DNA of 64,000 nucleotides, from assembly GCA_036867785.1 (NCBI GenBank), contig CP145418.1, forward strand, positions 1,178,001 through 1,242,000. Direction: 5' to 3'. This stretch comes from Plasmodiophora brassicae (Eukaryota). Under the pieces are notes generated by a model, which made no database searches, had not been told where the DNA came from, and saw nothing but the letters and a program-made list of their open reading frames with translations. Shown piece by piece: positions 48,969 to 62,406 of this stretch. Within the stretch, counting starts at the first letter, position 1, and each line of letters starts with the position of its first letter. A program made the translations under genes and the position numbers.

Positions 48969-49677
48969 GACGAGGACGGCAAGTCCGCGACGGACTCCGT
49001 CACGGTCTTCGCCAATCCCCACTTAACGACGCCACCGTGATAGGTACCTACCGGCCACGATGCTCTGCCACGGTCGCAGAACGTTCGCATTGGAACGGTC
49101 GTACACACGTACCGTCCTGTCCGTGCCGTAGCAGTTCATTGTCAGTGGTGTGAGCACCTCCTGTGCGGCATCCTCTGGCCTCCGTCTCCAGAACGTCGTT
49201 GTAGCCAATGATCATGGCCATGAGGTGTCCTTGTTCGCAGATACGTATCACATGTCAATGCAAGTTACGGCGAATGTTCAAGGTCTGATGTCGTCCTTGA
49301 AACCGCGTCCGGCCAGTTCCCGCGGATGAAGAAGAGTCATGAGGCGCCGGCGATAGCCTTGCTGATGATGTGTACCCGCGCGACATGGCTCGCCCCGAAG
49401 CATTGGTGCCCCGTCGTTCCCACAGGCCGCATGCCATTGAATAATGTCCTTCATGCCGACAGGTCATATTCTCTAGTTGTGCAAGACTTCGTTGATTTTC
49501 GCGGAGTTCCGCGTGCAACCGCATCCCCTGTCTTCGGTGATAGCTTCGTCGACAATAATAGATCGTGTGGACGGCTATAATCGGTTGCGGACGGCGGACT
49601 GCGCCACGGCCGGGTGCAGCTCTTGCGTGCGTGGTTCGTGCGGGGCACCGCACTCGACCGCCCGAATCGGAACGTCG

Positions 49678-52600
49678 ATGTCGAATGCCGTCAGGGACAG
49701 CCGGGAGGAGGATGAGGTGGAAATAGTGGAGGAGGAGGCGGCATTGTCCGCCTCCATGCCGGTGACGCTGGCCAATTACCAGACCGTGGAAGGGCCGCCC
49801 GCCAGCGACAATTACCTGCACAGCGTCTGGAACGTGCGCCCGTCGCATCAGACCATTGAGCTGGGCGCCATGCGCACCCGCGGCGATACGGATTCGCTAC
49901 ACGCCAGTCAAGAGTTACTCGCTAAGCAGAAGTCGCAGCGACGATTCGGCACTATTGATGGCGTTGTTGTAAGCTGGCGCACGAACAACGGACTGGTGCC
50001 CCTAGCTTGCTGATCGATGGCGTCTGGCTTCCTAGGTGCATTGCCTGCTGACTATATGGGGTGTCATGCTGTTCGTCCGCATGGGATGGATTGTCGCCAA
50101 TGCAGGTGTGTCGGGGTCGCTGATCATCGTTGGCGTCGCCTTCGTGACGACGCTCATCACGGCGCTCTCATTAAGTGCCATCTGTACCAACGGCGACATT
50201 GGTAATCCGGCTGTCTGTAAAGCGCACGCTGCCATTGTCACTGACGACATGCGGGGCAGGCGCCGGTGGTACATATACGCTGGTCGCCAGGACGCTCGGG
50301 CCGGCATGGGGCGCGTCGATCGGCATCGTGTTTTCGTTCGCGAACTCGGTTAGCGTCGCGCTGTACTCTGTCGGATGTAAGGCCGCCATGAGCTGGCTAT
50401 GGGACGTCTGGCGCGTCTAACGTCGCGTCGTCCAGGTGCCGAGACGCTCCAGCGCCTTCTCCACGACGTGGGCGTCCGTCTCCCGGTCGACGACCTGAGT
50501 CAGATTCGCATGCTGGGCGCGATTGTGCTCTGCACGGTCCTGCTCCTGTGCATGTTCGGCGTCGACTACATGGTCAAGTTCGACATCTGGCTTCTGGTCA
50601 TCATCGTCGTCACGCTCGTGTTCTTCGTGATCGGCACGTTCACGACGGCGCCGAACCCGGCCATTGCCTTCACCGGGTACTCGGCCAAGACGTTCTCCAA
50701 GAACTGGCACGCGCAGTACGAATCCGGCGAATCGTTGCTGACCGTATTCTCCGTCTTCTTCCCGGCGATGGTCGGTCCAGTGCGCATTGTCGGCCCCCCG
50801 TCGAATGTGTGTGCCTGACAGCGTCTCCCCAGACCGGCATGATGGCCGGCGCGTCAATGTCGGGCGACCTGAAGAACCCGCAGGTCAACATCCCGCATGG
50901 GACGCTCTGGTCGATAACGATGAGCACGGTCGTCTACGCCGCCGTCATCTGTATCCTGGGCGCCACCGTCGAACGGCTTGCGCCCGACGACACGCGCGGC
51001 CTGTACCATAACTTTTACGTCATGGTGGACGTGGCGCCCTGGAAGTGGCTCGTGTTCTTCGGCATCCTGTGCTCGACGTTCTCCAGCGCCGTCGCGTCGA
51101 TCATCGTGGCGCCGCGTATCCTGAAGGCCGTCTGCGACGACGGCCTGTTCCCGTACCTGTCGTACTTTGCGCGAGGGCGCGCCTCCGACAACGAGCCGAT
51201 TCGCGGCTACCTGCTGTCGTTCATCGTCGCCCTGTTCTTCATCATGATCGGCGAGATCAACCTGTTGGTGGGTGCCGCGTCCTCGTTTCTGCCGCTGGCG
51301 ACCGGGGTCCCTGACCCGACGGTGTCGCATAGGCGCCGTGGATCACGAACTTCTTCCTGGCCAACCGCACGCTCGTCAACGTTGCCGTCTTCGTGGCCAG
51401 CAAGAGCCACTCGCCGGGGTGGCGCCCCTCGTGGCGCTACTACCACCCGCTGCTGTCGCTGGCCGGCGCCGTGTCCTGCGTCGTGCTGATGTTCGCGCTG
51501 GGCTGGAAGTCGGCGCTGGCGATCACGCTCGTCTGCATGGTCATCTTCCGGATCGTGTCGCACCGGGCGCCCAAGGTCGGCTGGGGCGACTACCGGCACT
51601 CGCGCCTGTACCTGTCGACGACGAAGGGCATCCTGGACCTGCAGAACGCGCCGTCGTACGCCAAGAACTTCCGCCCGTCGTTCCTCATCGTCACCGACTC
51701 GTCGTCGTCGTCGTCATCCGCCGACGCGCTCCTGCACTTTGCGGATCTGATGCGCGCCGGCCGCGGTCTCGTCTTCGTCGGCGAAGTCGTCCAGGTCGGC
51801 AAGCCGCTCTCTGTGTGTGTGCGTCGGCAATCGTCTGACATCGGACGGTGATGGCGCCAGGGCGCGTTCGAAGATTACGTGTCCGGAGCCAGCCGTGACG
51901 GTTCGCTTCGGATGATGCTGGCGGGCGGCACCGGGAACGTGGCGACGCCCGCGCCACCTGCGCCGCACCACCATCCTCGTGCACTGATCGTCCTGGAGCC
52001 GCCGTCCGAGTCGTCGTCGACGTCCATGGAGGGCGTCACCGTGTGCCAGCAGGCGGCGCGGCGCCCGCTCAACGCCTGCGTCGACCGGATCGTCGCGCCC
52101 GACTACCTGTCCGGGTTCCGCACCCTGTTGCAAACGTCGGGCGTCGGGTCGATCCGCCCGAACGTCCTCCTGATGCAGGGCGGCCCCGGCCTCGTGTCGC
52201 GTTGCCCGGAGGCGTCCCGCGCCCTGGTCGATCAGGTCTGGAGCGCCCTGCGTATGAAGTACTGCGTCTGCCTGCTCCGAGGCGCCGTCCCGAGCCAGCC
52301 TCGCGCGAACGCGACCATCGACGTGTAACCGATCACGTTTGCCCTGCAGGCGCGCGCCGCGCCGCATGCTGATGCTGGGGGATGTGTGTGCGACAGGTAC
52401 TGGCTGGTGGATACGGGCGGCCTGACCCTGCTCCTGCCCTACCTGCTGATGCGGCACCCTCGGTGGGCCTCGTCCGGCTGCTCCCTGCGCCTGTTCCTGC
52501 ACGGGTCGCGATTCCGCTGCCACGACGCCGACATGGTGCGCCTGGTGAAACAGTTCCGCATCGACGTGAAGGCCGTCCACCACATCGACCTGGACGAGCC

Positions 52601-52868
52601 GCCGCCGGACGCGTCCTGGGACGCCTTCCCGGGCATCGCTGACCTGCAGCACCGCGTCAAGATGGCCCGGTACCTGCGCCTGGGCGAGTGCATTCGCAGC
52701 GAGTCGGCCGACGCCGCCGTCGTGTTCGTCACGCTGCCGTACCCGCGCCGCCTGCTGTTCACCGAGCAACAGATCGCGCAGTGGCTCGATGCGATCGTGG
52801 CGGGCGTGCCGGCGCCCGTCGTCTTCGTGCGAGGCAACCAGGAGAACGTGCTGACCCTAAGAGCGTAA
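49678..52868 (+). CDS. SLC12 cation-chloride cotransporter (multi-exon)
   Basis: FGTIDGV..CLLTIWGVMLFVRMGW, SLSAICTNG, FSVFFPA|TGMMAGASMSGDLKNP, PGWRPSWRYY, KNFRP, WLVDTGGLTLLLPYLL, VRGNQENVLT. Confidence 0.92.
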
Positions 52869-52930
52869 ACGATATGCCCGAACCCGTCTATATAAGAACG
52901 AGCCATAAGTCCTGTCCGCCGCCCCTCGGC

Positions 52931-54369
52931 TCACTTCTTGGCGGAGATGTGCATCTGGAGGCGTTTCTGGGACGATGCCAGCAGGCAGGTGGAGGCGGTC
53001 TTGCCCTGGACCCAGTCGTTGGCCAGGAACGCCTCCAGGCTCATCCGCTTGTTCGGGTCGTTCTGCAGCAGCTGCACGATCGTCTCCTTGGCTGGGACAG
53101 CACACGCTGCTGTCAGCCTCGCCGGCCAGACGGAACGCTGCCGACGAACGTACCTTCCTTCGAGATTGTCCTCCACTCGGGCTGCTGGAAGTCGTACTTG
53201 CCCTTGCAAATGTTGTCGATCAGGACCGGCTCGGGCGTGTCGCCGTACACGTCGAACGCTGCACGAAGGCGCAACGGTGTCAGCCAAGGGCGTCGACGAG
53301 CAGCACCCGCGCGCCCTACGATGGTATCCGGCGAGCATGATGAACATGAGGACGCCGAGCGCCCAGTTGTCGACCTTCTCCGTGTACGGGCGGCGGCTGA
53401 ACACCTCCGGGGCGCAGTACGCCCACGTGCCGATCACCGTGCTCATCATGCCCTGCGGGCTGTTCACGAACTTGGACAGGCCAAAGTCGACGACCTTGAG
53501 CGGCGAGTCCGGGTCCTTGGCCATCAGCAGCAGGTTCTCTGGTTTCAGGTCCCTGCGGGGCGAGTCTCAGTCGCCGAGGGACGCACCCCTCCCGCACCCG
53601 CCCGCACCGACCTGTGTGCAATCTTGTTCCGGTGCATGTGCTGGATGGCGGACGCCAGCTGTCGGAGCAGGTGGGAGGCGGTCGCCTCCGAATAGCTGCC
53701 CTGGTTGACGATCCGGGTGAACAGGTCGCCGCCCTTGCAGTACTCCATGACGATGTAGTAGGCGCCGCTGGGGTCCTCGAAGAAGTCGTGCAGCTGGACG
53801 ACGTTCGGGTGGGCGCCGACCGTCCTCAGCTGGCGGACCTCGTCGTGGACGGTGGCCGCGTTCTTCAGCGCCGACTTGGACAGCATCTTCAGGGCCCACT
53901 CCTGCCCGGTCGACTTCTCCCTGCAGACGTACACGACGCCGAAGCACCCGCGCCCGAGCTCCCGCCCGATCTCGTACCGCTCGTCGACGCGGCGCCTCTC
54001 CAGCGTCAGCGCCGGCGGCGGCGTCGATCGCGTCGTCAGCAGCACGCTGGCGCCATCGGGAACGGCGGCGACGGCCGGCGACGCGTGCGCGTCGATGCGG
54101 ATGTCCATGACGGAGATGGGCGTCGCCGTCCCCGCCTTCGTCAGCGGCCCCGCCTCGGCGCCGTCGCCCTTCGCCTTCACAGCGTCGCGGGCGCCATCGA
54201 CCTTGCCCTCGTGGGGCGCGTTCGCCGATGACGGGGAGACGGGTCCCCCGGCCGCCGGCGCCGGCTTGACGCCAGGTGCCGCACGCGGGTGCTCGTCGCT
54301 CCTGTTCGTGGCGGCGACCGCCGGGGCGTCGTCCGCCGCCGCCGGTTGCTTGCTGTTGCAGATCCCCAT
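52931..54369 (-). CDS. CAMK-group Ser/Thr kinase with N-terminal MGxC myristoylation/palmitoylation-like motif and no EF hands
   Basis: LGRGCFGVV, ALKM, AHR|DLKPENLL, DFGLS, GTWAYCAPE; short introns. Confidence 0.9.
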
Positions 54370-54582
54370 GCGGTCAGCGTGTCAGCAGGCCAGCAACGGT
54401 CGAAGGGCACGCGCGCGCCGATTGTGTCGTGTGGCGTTGGCGAGTCGCAACGGGATACTGGGCGGTGCGGTGGGCGCGTTCGGCACGAGTTGGCCGAACA
54501 GCCGAACAACCGGACCAGGGGTGTATTGATCGGAACCCAACGAAGAAGACGAAGGAGGAAGACGTCGGGGGGAGCAAGTCGC

Positions 54583-55858
54583 TCAGACGGCCGGAAGCTG
54601 GACAGTGTAGAACGAAGGCGGCTTGGCACGAGCGTCCCTGCGCCTGATCCAGACCTGCATGGCCAGCACGGTGCCGACGACGCCCAAGACCAGACCGACC
54701 GCCGCCCCCACGATCTGTACTGTTGGTCCCGCCAGCGCGCCGCTGACCGGTGAACCGCCAGACTGGACGCGTACATGCTCGCCGTTCGTCGTCGCGACCC
54801 GACGACCCCAGGACGACGTCTTCGATGGGGGCTGGCGGAGAGGCGTTGGCGACGGCGATATCTGGGCATGGGCGCTGGTTCGGTACCCGTTGCTGTCGTA
54901 CGTCTGGCAGCCTTTCCACTCGGTGCCCAGGTCGCAGGTCTTGACGATGCCCTCGAAATCCTGCGCGTTTGTCGCGGCACAGGAGGAGGTGGCAGACTTG
55001 ATGACAGGACACCCACCCGACCCTGCGGTGGTGTACTCGGCGGCGAACACGGGCTTGCCCGCCTGGATGAACGGGGCATACTCAGCACAGTCGCCCGAGA
55101 ATTCGGCGCAGGACTCGACGATGGCAAAGTCGAATACGGAGGCCAGGTTGTGGGCCTCGACCAGGTCGCCGCCGTTCTTCAGGCCAATGGCCATGCCCAG
55201 GTCGTGCACCGTCGTGGAGATCCAGGTCATGTAGTCGAGGGCGTCGGTAAGCGTCAGATCCGGCTTGGCCGGGGCGAACGTCTTCTCCGTGTACGTGTCC
55301 AGGTTGTCGGGCTCGATGCCGTCGCACCCGTACGAGGCCATGCGCTGGAATCGGGCCTTGATCAGCGATCGGGTCACACTGCTGCGGATGTCCAGGAAGT
55401 ACTCTCCGGGCCAATCGGGATATGCATTGCCAATGATGCTCTTTGGGAACGAGCCGGCGTCGTTCGCCCCCGTATCCAACGATCCCACTGTCGATACCGT
55501 GTCAGATGATCGTAGTGAAGGGCACCGCGGACGACGATACCGTTGACGTAGCAGATGACGTATCGATTGTGAGCCTTCAACGCGCTCATCAGCGTGGCAA
55601 TGTCACTCGCAGAGGTCAGCTGTTCCGGGTCGATGTCCCAAACGGGGACGTTCGGCGTTGCCACATTCGGGATCTTGTTGAACGACAGCACCCACTGAGC
55701 GGACACACAGCCTTGTCAGTCCCGACTCGCACGGTGCCGGCATACAGTGCACGTGCCTGCCAGCCCATGCCAATCTGTGGTGGCGTCCAGGTCGCATCGA
55801 TGAGGGCCGCCCCGTACAGGACGGCTGCCACGAAAGCCAATACACCCTTGATGCCCAT
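54583..55858 (-). CDS. GH114 endo-alpha-1,4-galactosaminidase-like protein, copy 1 (signal peptide, short stalk, C-terminal TM; 2 introns)
   Basis: [69 protein letters not shown]. Confidence 0.88.
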
Positions 55859-57414
55859 GACGAAAGCCAATGAAGAGTCACAAGATTTACCGGACCGGGA
55901 CGCCGGCTTCGATCGTGCTCCGGTGAATATCTCCACGCGGGACGCCTATTGCAGTATTTCTCATGCGACGGGTGTGCTGAGGAGATACCCGAAGGCCAGA
56001 TTCGGAGCCATACACCTAGAGATACTTTGCCTGCAGTGAACGCGGACACACACGCGAACACGCGGAAGTTCGGACGCATCTGCGAACCATCCGCCAGGAG
56101 CGGTGTACCCAGAACGACTCCACCCTGGGAATTGGCATCGTGAACCCATGCTTTGCAGCAGACTGCGCGGAAGGCTGCCCTCCCCGCACGTGAAGGACCA
56201 ATCGCTGGTGGCTGTGACGTTTCATATGTACGCATCCGTCTATACGCAGGACGTTTCCAGACAGGGCGTCGTTATATACGACCCGACCGTCGAGATCTGG
56301 TCAGGAGCGCAGGGTCAGCCTACATTACACGGCAAGGGAGTCGGATGATTTAAAAGCGAGAGCACAGATCAGCAAATGGGGCCGACGTAAGTATTGGCAG
56401 CGGTTTCTATGCACTCAGGGCATCGTTCGTCGAACAGAAAGTATGCGACATCCCAGAACAGCAAGCCTAGCCAGCACGTTTGTCGCCAACTGTTGATCCT
56501 CGTCAACTGCTGTAACAACCAGTACCAAGCAGGGCGCCCGCCAATTGGGGATCCGGCTCTGGCCATGCTAGCAACGAGGAACCAGGAACAGGCAATCTAT
56601 TGTGTTCGACCATGAATGTCCCATCGTTATTATGGCAGTCGGGTGCGCCAGCCTGCTCAGGCCATGCCAGTACGCTGTGGTACGAGCCACGTTCCCGTTT
56701 CAATAGGGTGTTGCCTGGGCGATATCCAATGATACCTATTACTGCTTGCCGCGTCATTCCATACAGGCTTTGAAGCTCAGCTCACGCGAAACAGTCGTCC
56801 GAGCATTATCGCGCTGTACTCTGCTGGCACGTACGCACTTAACCTGCCTGGCGCGGCCTGCACAGAACACCTGGGCGCAGGAACACTTGAACTGAAACAT
56901 GCCATCAGGAGTGCAATCGCGTCCGCAGGTAAACTGTTAGCGACGTGCACGATTCCGTTTACAGCGGCCTTCACCGTTTTCGTTACGATGGCGGACACAG
57001 CTCACGGCGGGCGCTAAAGGTGGTGGTATTGGACGTCGACTGCCATCCCCCTCTCCCCCAAATCGGTCAGGTATTTCGACCTGCATGCCGAGTGCATCGG
57101 GCTAACGTCTACGGGTCTTAATTCGACGTAGTAGTGTGCGCCAGTCTCTCTGGGCGCTGATTCCCAAATGGGGTGCCCTGCGACGCGTTTGGGCGAAACG
57201 TGGGCAAATTCCAGGTGCTTGCATCCCAGACTCTACCGTTGGGAAATCCCGCTTGCAGCGCGAGCGTATTGATAGAAAGTAGAGCTGTCGTCCGAGGTAG
57301 GACATTCCATCACAGTGTAGCATTGCGGTTTATTCGCAAAGTCCAAAGAAGAAAACGAAAACAGAGGAAGCAGCGGAGGAGATGAGATTCGATATCAGCA
57401 AGTGGCGTAGCAAC

Positions 57415-58989
57415 TCAGACGGCCGCGAGCTGAGCCGTGTTGTACAGGGTCTGCTTGGCCCGAGCGTCCCTGCGCCGGATCCAGACCTGAAACGCGAGCA
57501 TGGTGCCGATGATCCCGATGACGGCACCAACAGCAGCAGTCATGATGGTGGTAGACGATCCCGCCAACGCACCGCTGTTGTTCGAACCGCTGGACAGGGT
57601 GGCGGCCTGGTCGCGGCTCGACGTCGCGAAACGGCGGCTCCACGTCGACGACTTGGTTGAAGGACGTCGTACTAGACGAGAAGACATGTTCGGGCGATAC
57701 GCCGGTGTTGGCGCTGGACCTGGACCCTGTCCTGCAACCGGCGTTGGCGAAGGCGTCGGCCGTGGCGTTGGCGAAGGCGTCGGCCGTGGCGTGGGAGCAG
57801 GCGTCGGCCGTGGCGTGGGAGCAGGCGTCGGAGCAGGCGTCGGGCGAGGTGTTGGAGAATCCGTTGGCGTCGGCGTTGGTGAGGGGCGCGGTGCTGGAGA
57901 GTTCGTTGGCGCTGGGGTTGGTGAGGGACGCGGTGTTGGAGAGTTGGCCGGTGCAGGCGATGGGGTCGGAGACGGGGACATTTGGGGAGCAGCGGTCGCT
58001 CCTGCCCGGTACCCGTTGTCGTCGTACGTCTGGCAGCCTTTCCACTCGGCGCCCAGGTCACAGGTCTTGATGATGCCCTCGAAATTGGCGGCGTTCGTCG
58101 CGGCACAAGCACTGTCGGCAGACTTGATGACAGGACACCCACCGTCGCCTTTGGTCGTGTACTCGGCGGCGAACACGGGCTTGCCCGCCTGGATGAACGG
58201 GGCATACTCAGCACAGTCGCCGGAGAATTCCGCGCAGGACTCGACGATGGCAAAGTCGAATACGGAGGCCAGGTCGTGGGCCTTGACCAGGTCGCCGCCG
58301 TTCTTCAGGCCGATGGCCATGCCCAGGTCGTGCACCGTCGTGGAGATCCAGTTCATGTAGTCGAGGGCGTCGGTAAGCGTCAGATCCGGCTTGTTCGGGG
58401 CGAACGTCTTTTCCGTGTACGTGTCCAGGTTGTCGGGCTCGATGCCGTCGCACCCGTACGAGGCCATGCGTTCGAATCGGGCCTTGATCAGCGATCGGGT
58501 CACACTGCTGCGGATGTCCAGGAAGTACTCTCCAGGCCAATCGGGATACGCATTGCCAATGATGCTCTTGGGGAACGAACCGGCGTCGTTCGCCCCCGTA
58601 TCCAACGATCCCACTGTCGAGATCGTGTCAGAATGGACATGTTGAAGGGCAACGGGGGCGGACGACGATACCGTTGACGTAGCAGATGACGTATCGATTG
58701 TGATCCTTCAACGCGCCCATCAGCGTGGCAATGTCACTCGCAGAGTTCAGCTGTTCCGGGTCGATGTCCCAAACGGGGACGTTCGGCGTTGCCACATTCG
58801 GGACCTTGCTAAATGTCAACACCCACTGAGCGGCCACACCGCCTTGTCAGTCCCGATTCGGACGTTGCCGGCATGCAGTGCACGTGCCTGCCAGCCCATG
58901 CCAATCTGTGGTGGCGTCCAGGTCGCATCGATGAGGGCCGCCCCGAACAGAGCGGCTGCCGCGAAAGCCAATGCACCCTTGATGCCCAT
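57415..58989 (-). CDS. GH114 copy 2 with long Pro/Thr stalk and C-terminal TM
   Basis: Same motifs and intron positions as copy 1; PTPAPTPR repeats. Confidence 0.88.
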
Positions 58990-59925
58990 GACGAACGCCA
59001 ATGAAGAGTCACACGATTTTACCGGACCGGGACGGGTTCGATCGTGTCCCGGTGAATATCTCCTCGCGGGACGCCTATTGCAGTATTTCTCGTGCGTCGG
59101 GTGTGCTGAGGAGATACCCGACGGCCAGATTCGGAGCCATACACCTAGAGATACTTTGCCTGCAGTGAACGTGGATGCACAAGAGCGGCCACGTACGCAT
59201 CTGCTGGAGGGCGCCATCTGCCTGAACTGATGAATCCACCCTGGGAATGGCATTGTGAAAACCAGCCGCAGCAGACTGGGGGCGGAAGGCAGTCCACCCA
59301 GCACCTGAAGGATCAGTCGTTGGTGCCGTGCTATCGTTAGTCGAACAGAAAAAGTATTGGAAATCGCAAGCGAGCGAGTCTAGCCAGCACGGTTGTCGCC
59401 AACTGTTATTCCTCGTCAACGTCTCGTACCCGCCAGTTGCAGATCCGCCTCTGGCCATGATTTACCGAAACCGAGTTGACAGTAGCTTGGAAGTGGAAGA
59501 GGTCATCTTCTGTCACTACTGTGATCGACCGCTAATGCCCCATCGCTATGAAGACAGTCGGGGTGCGCTAGCCTGCTCGCGATTTCGAAAGGGTGTCGCC
59601 CTGGCGACTTCCATTGGTACCTGATATTGCTTGCCGTCGCATTCGATACAGGCTTGAAGCCCAGCTCCCACGAAACAGTCGTCCGAACGTCATCGCGCCA
59701 TACTCAGGCACAGGCAAACTCGGGGTGTTGTTGCATCTCAGACTCTACCGTTGAGCTATCCTACTTCCAGCGCGAGCGTATCGATGGCCAGTACAGCGGT
59801 CGGCCGACGTAGGCACATTCAATCACAGCGTAGCGTTGCGTTTTATTTGCAATGTCCAAAGAAGAAACGAAACAGAGGAAGCGGGGGAGACGTTGAAGTT
59901 CGTGTTCAGCAGGTGAGGTAGTCGC

Positions 59926-61547
59926 TCAGACGGCCGCGAGCTGGCCCGTGTTGTACACGGGCTGCTGGCCCATGTTGTACACGGGCTGCTGGCCTGTGTT
60001 GTACATGGGCTGCTGGCCCGGGTTGTACACGGGCTGCTTGGCTCGAGCGTCCCTGCGCCGGATCCAGACCTGAAAGGCGAGCATGGTGCCGATGATCCCG
60101 ATGACGGCACCGACCACAGCAGTGATAACGGTGGCAGACGATCCCGCGAACGCACTGCTGTTTGAATTGTTGGACAGGGTGGCCACCTGGTCGCGGTTCG
60201 ACGTCGCGAAACGGCGGCTCCACGTCGACGACCTTGTTGAAGCACGTCGTACTAGACGTGAAGACATGTTCGGGCGAGACGCTGGTGCTGGCGCTGGACC
60301 TGGACCCTGACCAGCGGGCGTTGGCGAGGGTGTCGGACGTGGCGTGGGAGCCGGTGTCGGACGAGGTGTTGGAGAGTTCGCTGGCGCCGGCGTTGGCGAG
60401 GGACGAGGTGTTGGAGAATTCGCTGGCGCCGGCGTTGGTGAGGGAAGAGGAGTTGGAGAATTCGCTGGCGCCGGAGTTGGTGAGGGACGCGGTGTTGGAG
60501 AGTTGGCCGGTGCAGGAGGTGTCGGAGAAGGGGACATTGGGGGAGCGGCGGTCGCCCCTGCTCGGTACCCGTTGCTGTCGTACGTCTGACAAGTCTGGTA
60601 TTCCGTGCCCACATCGCAGGTCTTGATGATGCCCTCGAAATTGGCGGCGTTCGTGGCGGCACAGGCGGTGGCGACAGACTTGATGACAGGGCAGCCACCG
60701 TCGCCTTTGGTGGTGTACTCGGCGGCGAACACAGGCTTGCCCGCCTGGATGAACGGGTTGTACTGAGCGCAGTCGCCCGAATATTCGGCGCAGGACTCGA
60801 CGACGGCGAAGTCGAATATGGAGGCCAGTTTGTAGGTTTGGACCAGGTCGCCAGTGTTCTTCAGGCCAACGGCCATGCCCAGGTCGTGCACCGTCGTGGA
60901 GATCCAGTTCATGTAGTCGATCGCGTCGGCAAGCTTCAGATCCGTCCCGCTCGGGGCGAACGTGGGGTACGTGTAGCTGTCCAGGTTGTCGGGCTCGACG
61001 GCGTGGCACCCGTACGACGCCATGCGCTCGAATCGGGTCTTGATCAGCGCCCGTGTCTCATCCCGCCGAATGTCCAGGAAGAACTCTCCAGGCCATCCCG
61101 GATACGCGTTGCCAACGATCGTGGGCTTGACAGCAGTGAACAGGTTCGCATCCGACTTGCCCGTGTCCAGGGAACCCACTGCAGGGCATGTCAGAACGGA
61201 CCGACAGTGCCATTGTTGATGGCAATGTTATATACCGTTGACGTAGCAGATAACGTATCGGTTGTTGGCGTGCAGGGCGTTCATCAGCGCGGTAATGTCA
61301 CTCGTAGAGGACAGTTGTTCAGGGTCGAGATCCCATACGGGGACGTTCGGTGTCGACACATCTGGTACAGTGCTGAAGGTCAGCCTCCACTAAGCAATGT
61401 TTAGGATACCAGTCCAGAAGGGGCATAAAGACATTTGATTACCTCCCAGGCCATGCCGACCTGTGGCCGGGTCCAGGTCGCTTCGACGTTTGTCACCCCA
61501 TACAGCACTGCCACTGCTGCCAATGCCAGCGCGCTCGTAGCACCCAT
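59926..61547 (-). CDS. GH114 copy 3 with Pro/Thr stalk, TM and repeated cytoplasmic tail
   Basis: Same motifs ([16 protein letters not shown]); start [17 protein letters not shown]. Confidence 0.88.
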
Positions 61548-61608
61548 AACGTCGACCACCCTGGCGACCAGCAAGATATGAAATGTCCATGAGCAGCGCT
61601 TCGCAGGT

Positions 61609-61932
61609 TGTAGAATATCTGATCTCGACGTGGGGATTGCAGCATATCTGACCTCGACGTAGGGTAATGTAGAATATCTGGCCTCGGCGTAGGGTGATGC
61701 GGAAATCTGAACACATTGAAGATCTCTGCACCTGCTGCTGCATCAGGTATCTATTTACTTTTGAAGGTGGAATCAGATCTCCTACGTCAGATTCGGGTCG
61801 ACGAGATCTCCTACGTCAGATTCGGGTCAACGAGATGTCCTACGTTAGATTCGGGTTAACGAGATCTCCTACGGCAGATTCGGGAGGTGCCGTATGCAGA
61901 TTCGGGAGGTGCCCTACGGCAGATTCGGGTCA
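61609..61932. repeat. Two short minisatellite arrays (~30-bp and 29-bp units) upstream of GH114 copy 3
   Basis: ~3.5 x tgtagaatatctgacctcgacgtagggtaa-like (61609-61710); ~4 x gagatctcctacgtcagattcgggtcaac plus two shorter variants (61775-61932). Confidence 0.85.
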
Positions 61933-62406
61933 TCCGCCGGGGTGGATATCTGGCCCATGCTGAACGTGGATATATACCAGAATACCATGTCGACCAGTAC
62001 ATATTGGTGGACGTCCAGTTGGGCATGTTTCGACTCGGTAGGAACACAAGCGTGTTCGAAGTACGGGCAGTGTCAACACCTGAACGGTGCTCGAGCTCCT
62101 TGTCGAAACCGGTGTTAGCTGCGAAAGCAGTCGAGCAGTACCTTTATCGGGCTGGGCTGTACAGTCACCTCTCCTGGGGCGTGTTTGCACGCTCGATGCA
62201 TTCGTACGTTGATACTGGTCCATGCCCTGGGCCGGACGAGTTCGGCTTCAGGGGTTGTCCCAGGTTACCGAGAGCTGTGCCAGTGCAGGTGCAATGGCAA
62301 ATCGGTACATGATTCAAACCGGGAATTTATTGACGTTCACAATAATAAGAGAAGAGGAAGAGCACGAAGACGCAGGAGTGCGCGCGCCGAGCTGAAGGCG
62401 AATTGG

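Noticed and set aside
52931-54369. Local CaMK-type kinase as the target of the LRRQNAF protein
   Set aside because: The kinase looks cytosolic or lipid-anchored, while the motif protein has a signal peptide; 11-kb proximity is not evidence
61609-61932. CRISPR-like appearance of ~29-bp repeats
   Set aside because: Units are directly adjacent with no unique spacers, no cas genes are present, and the context is eukaryotic
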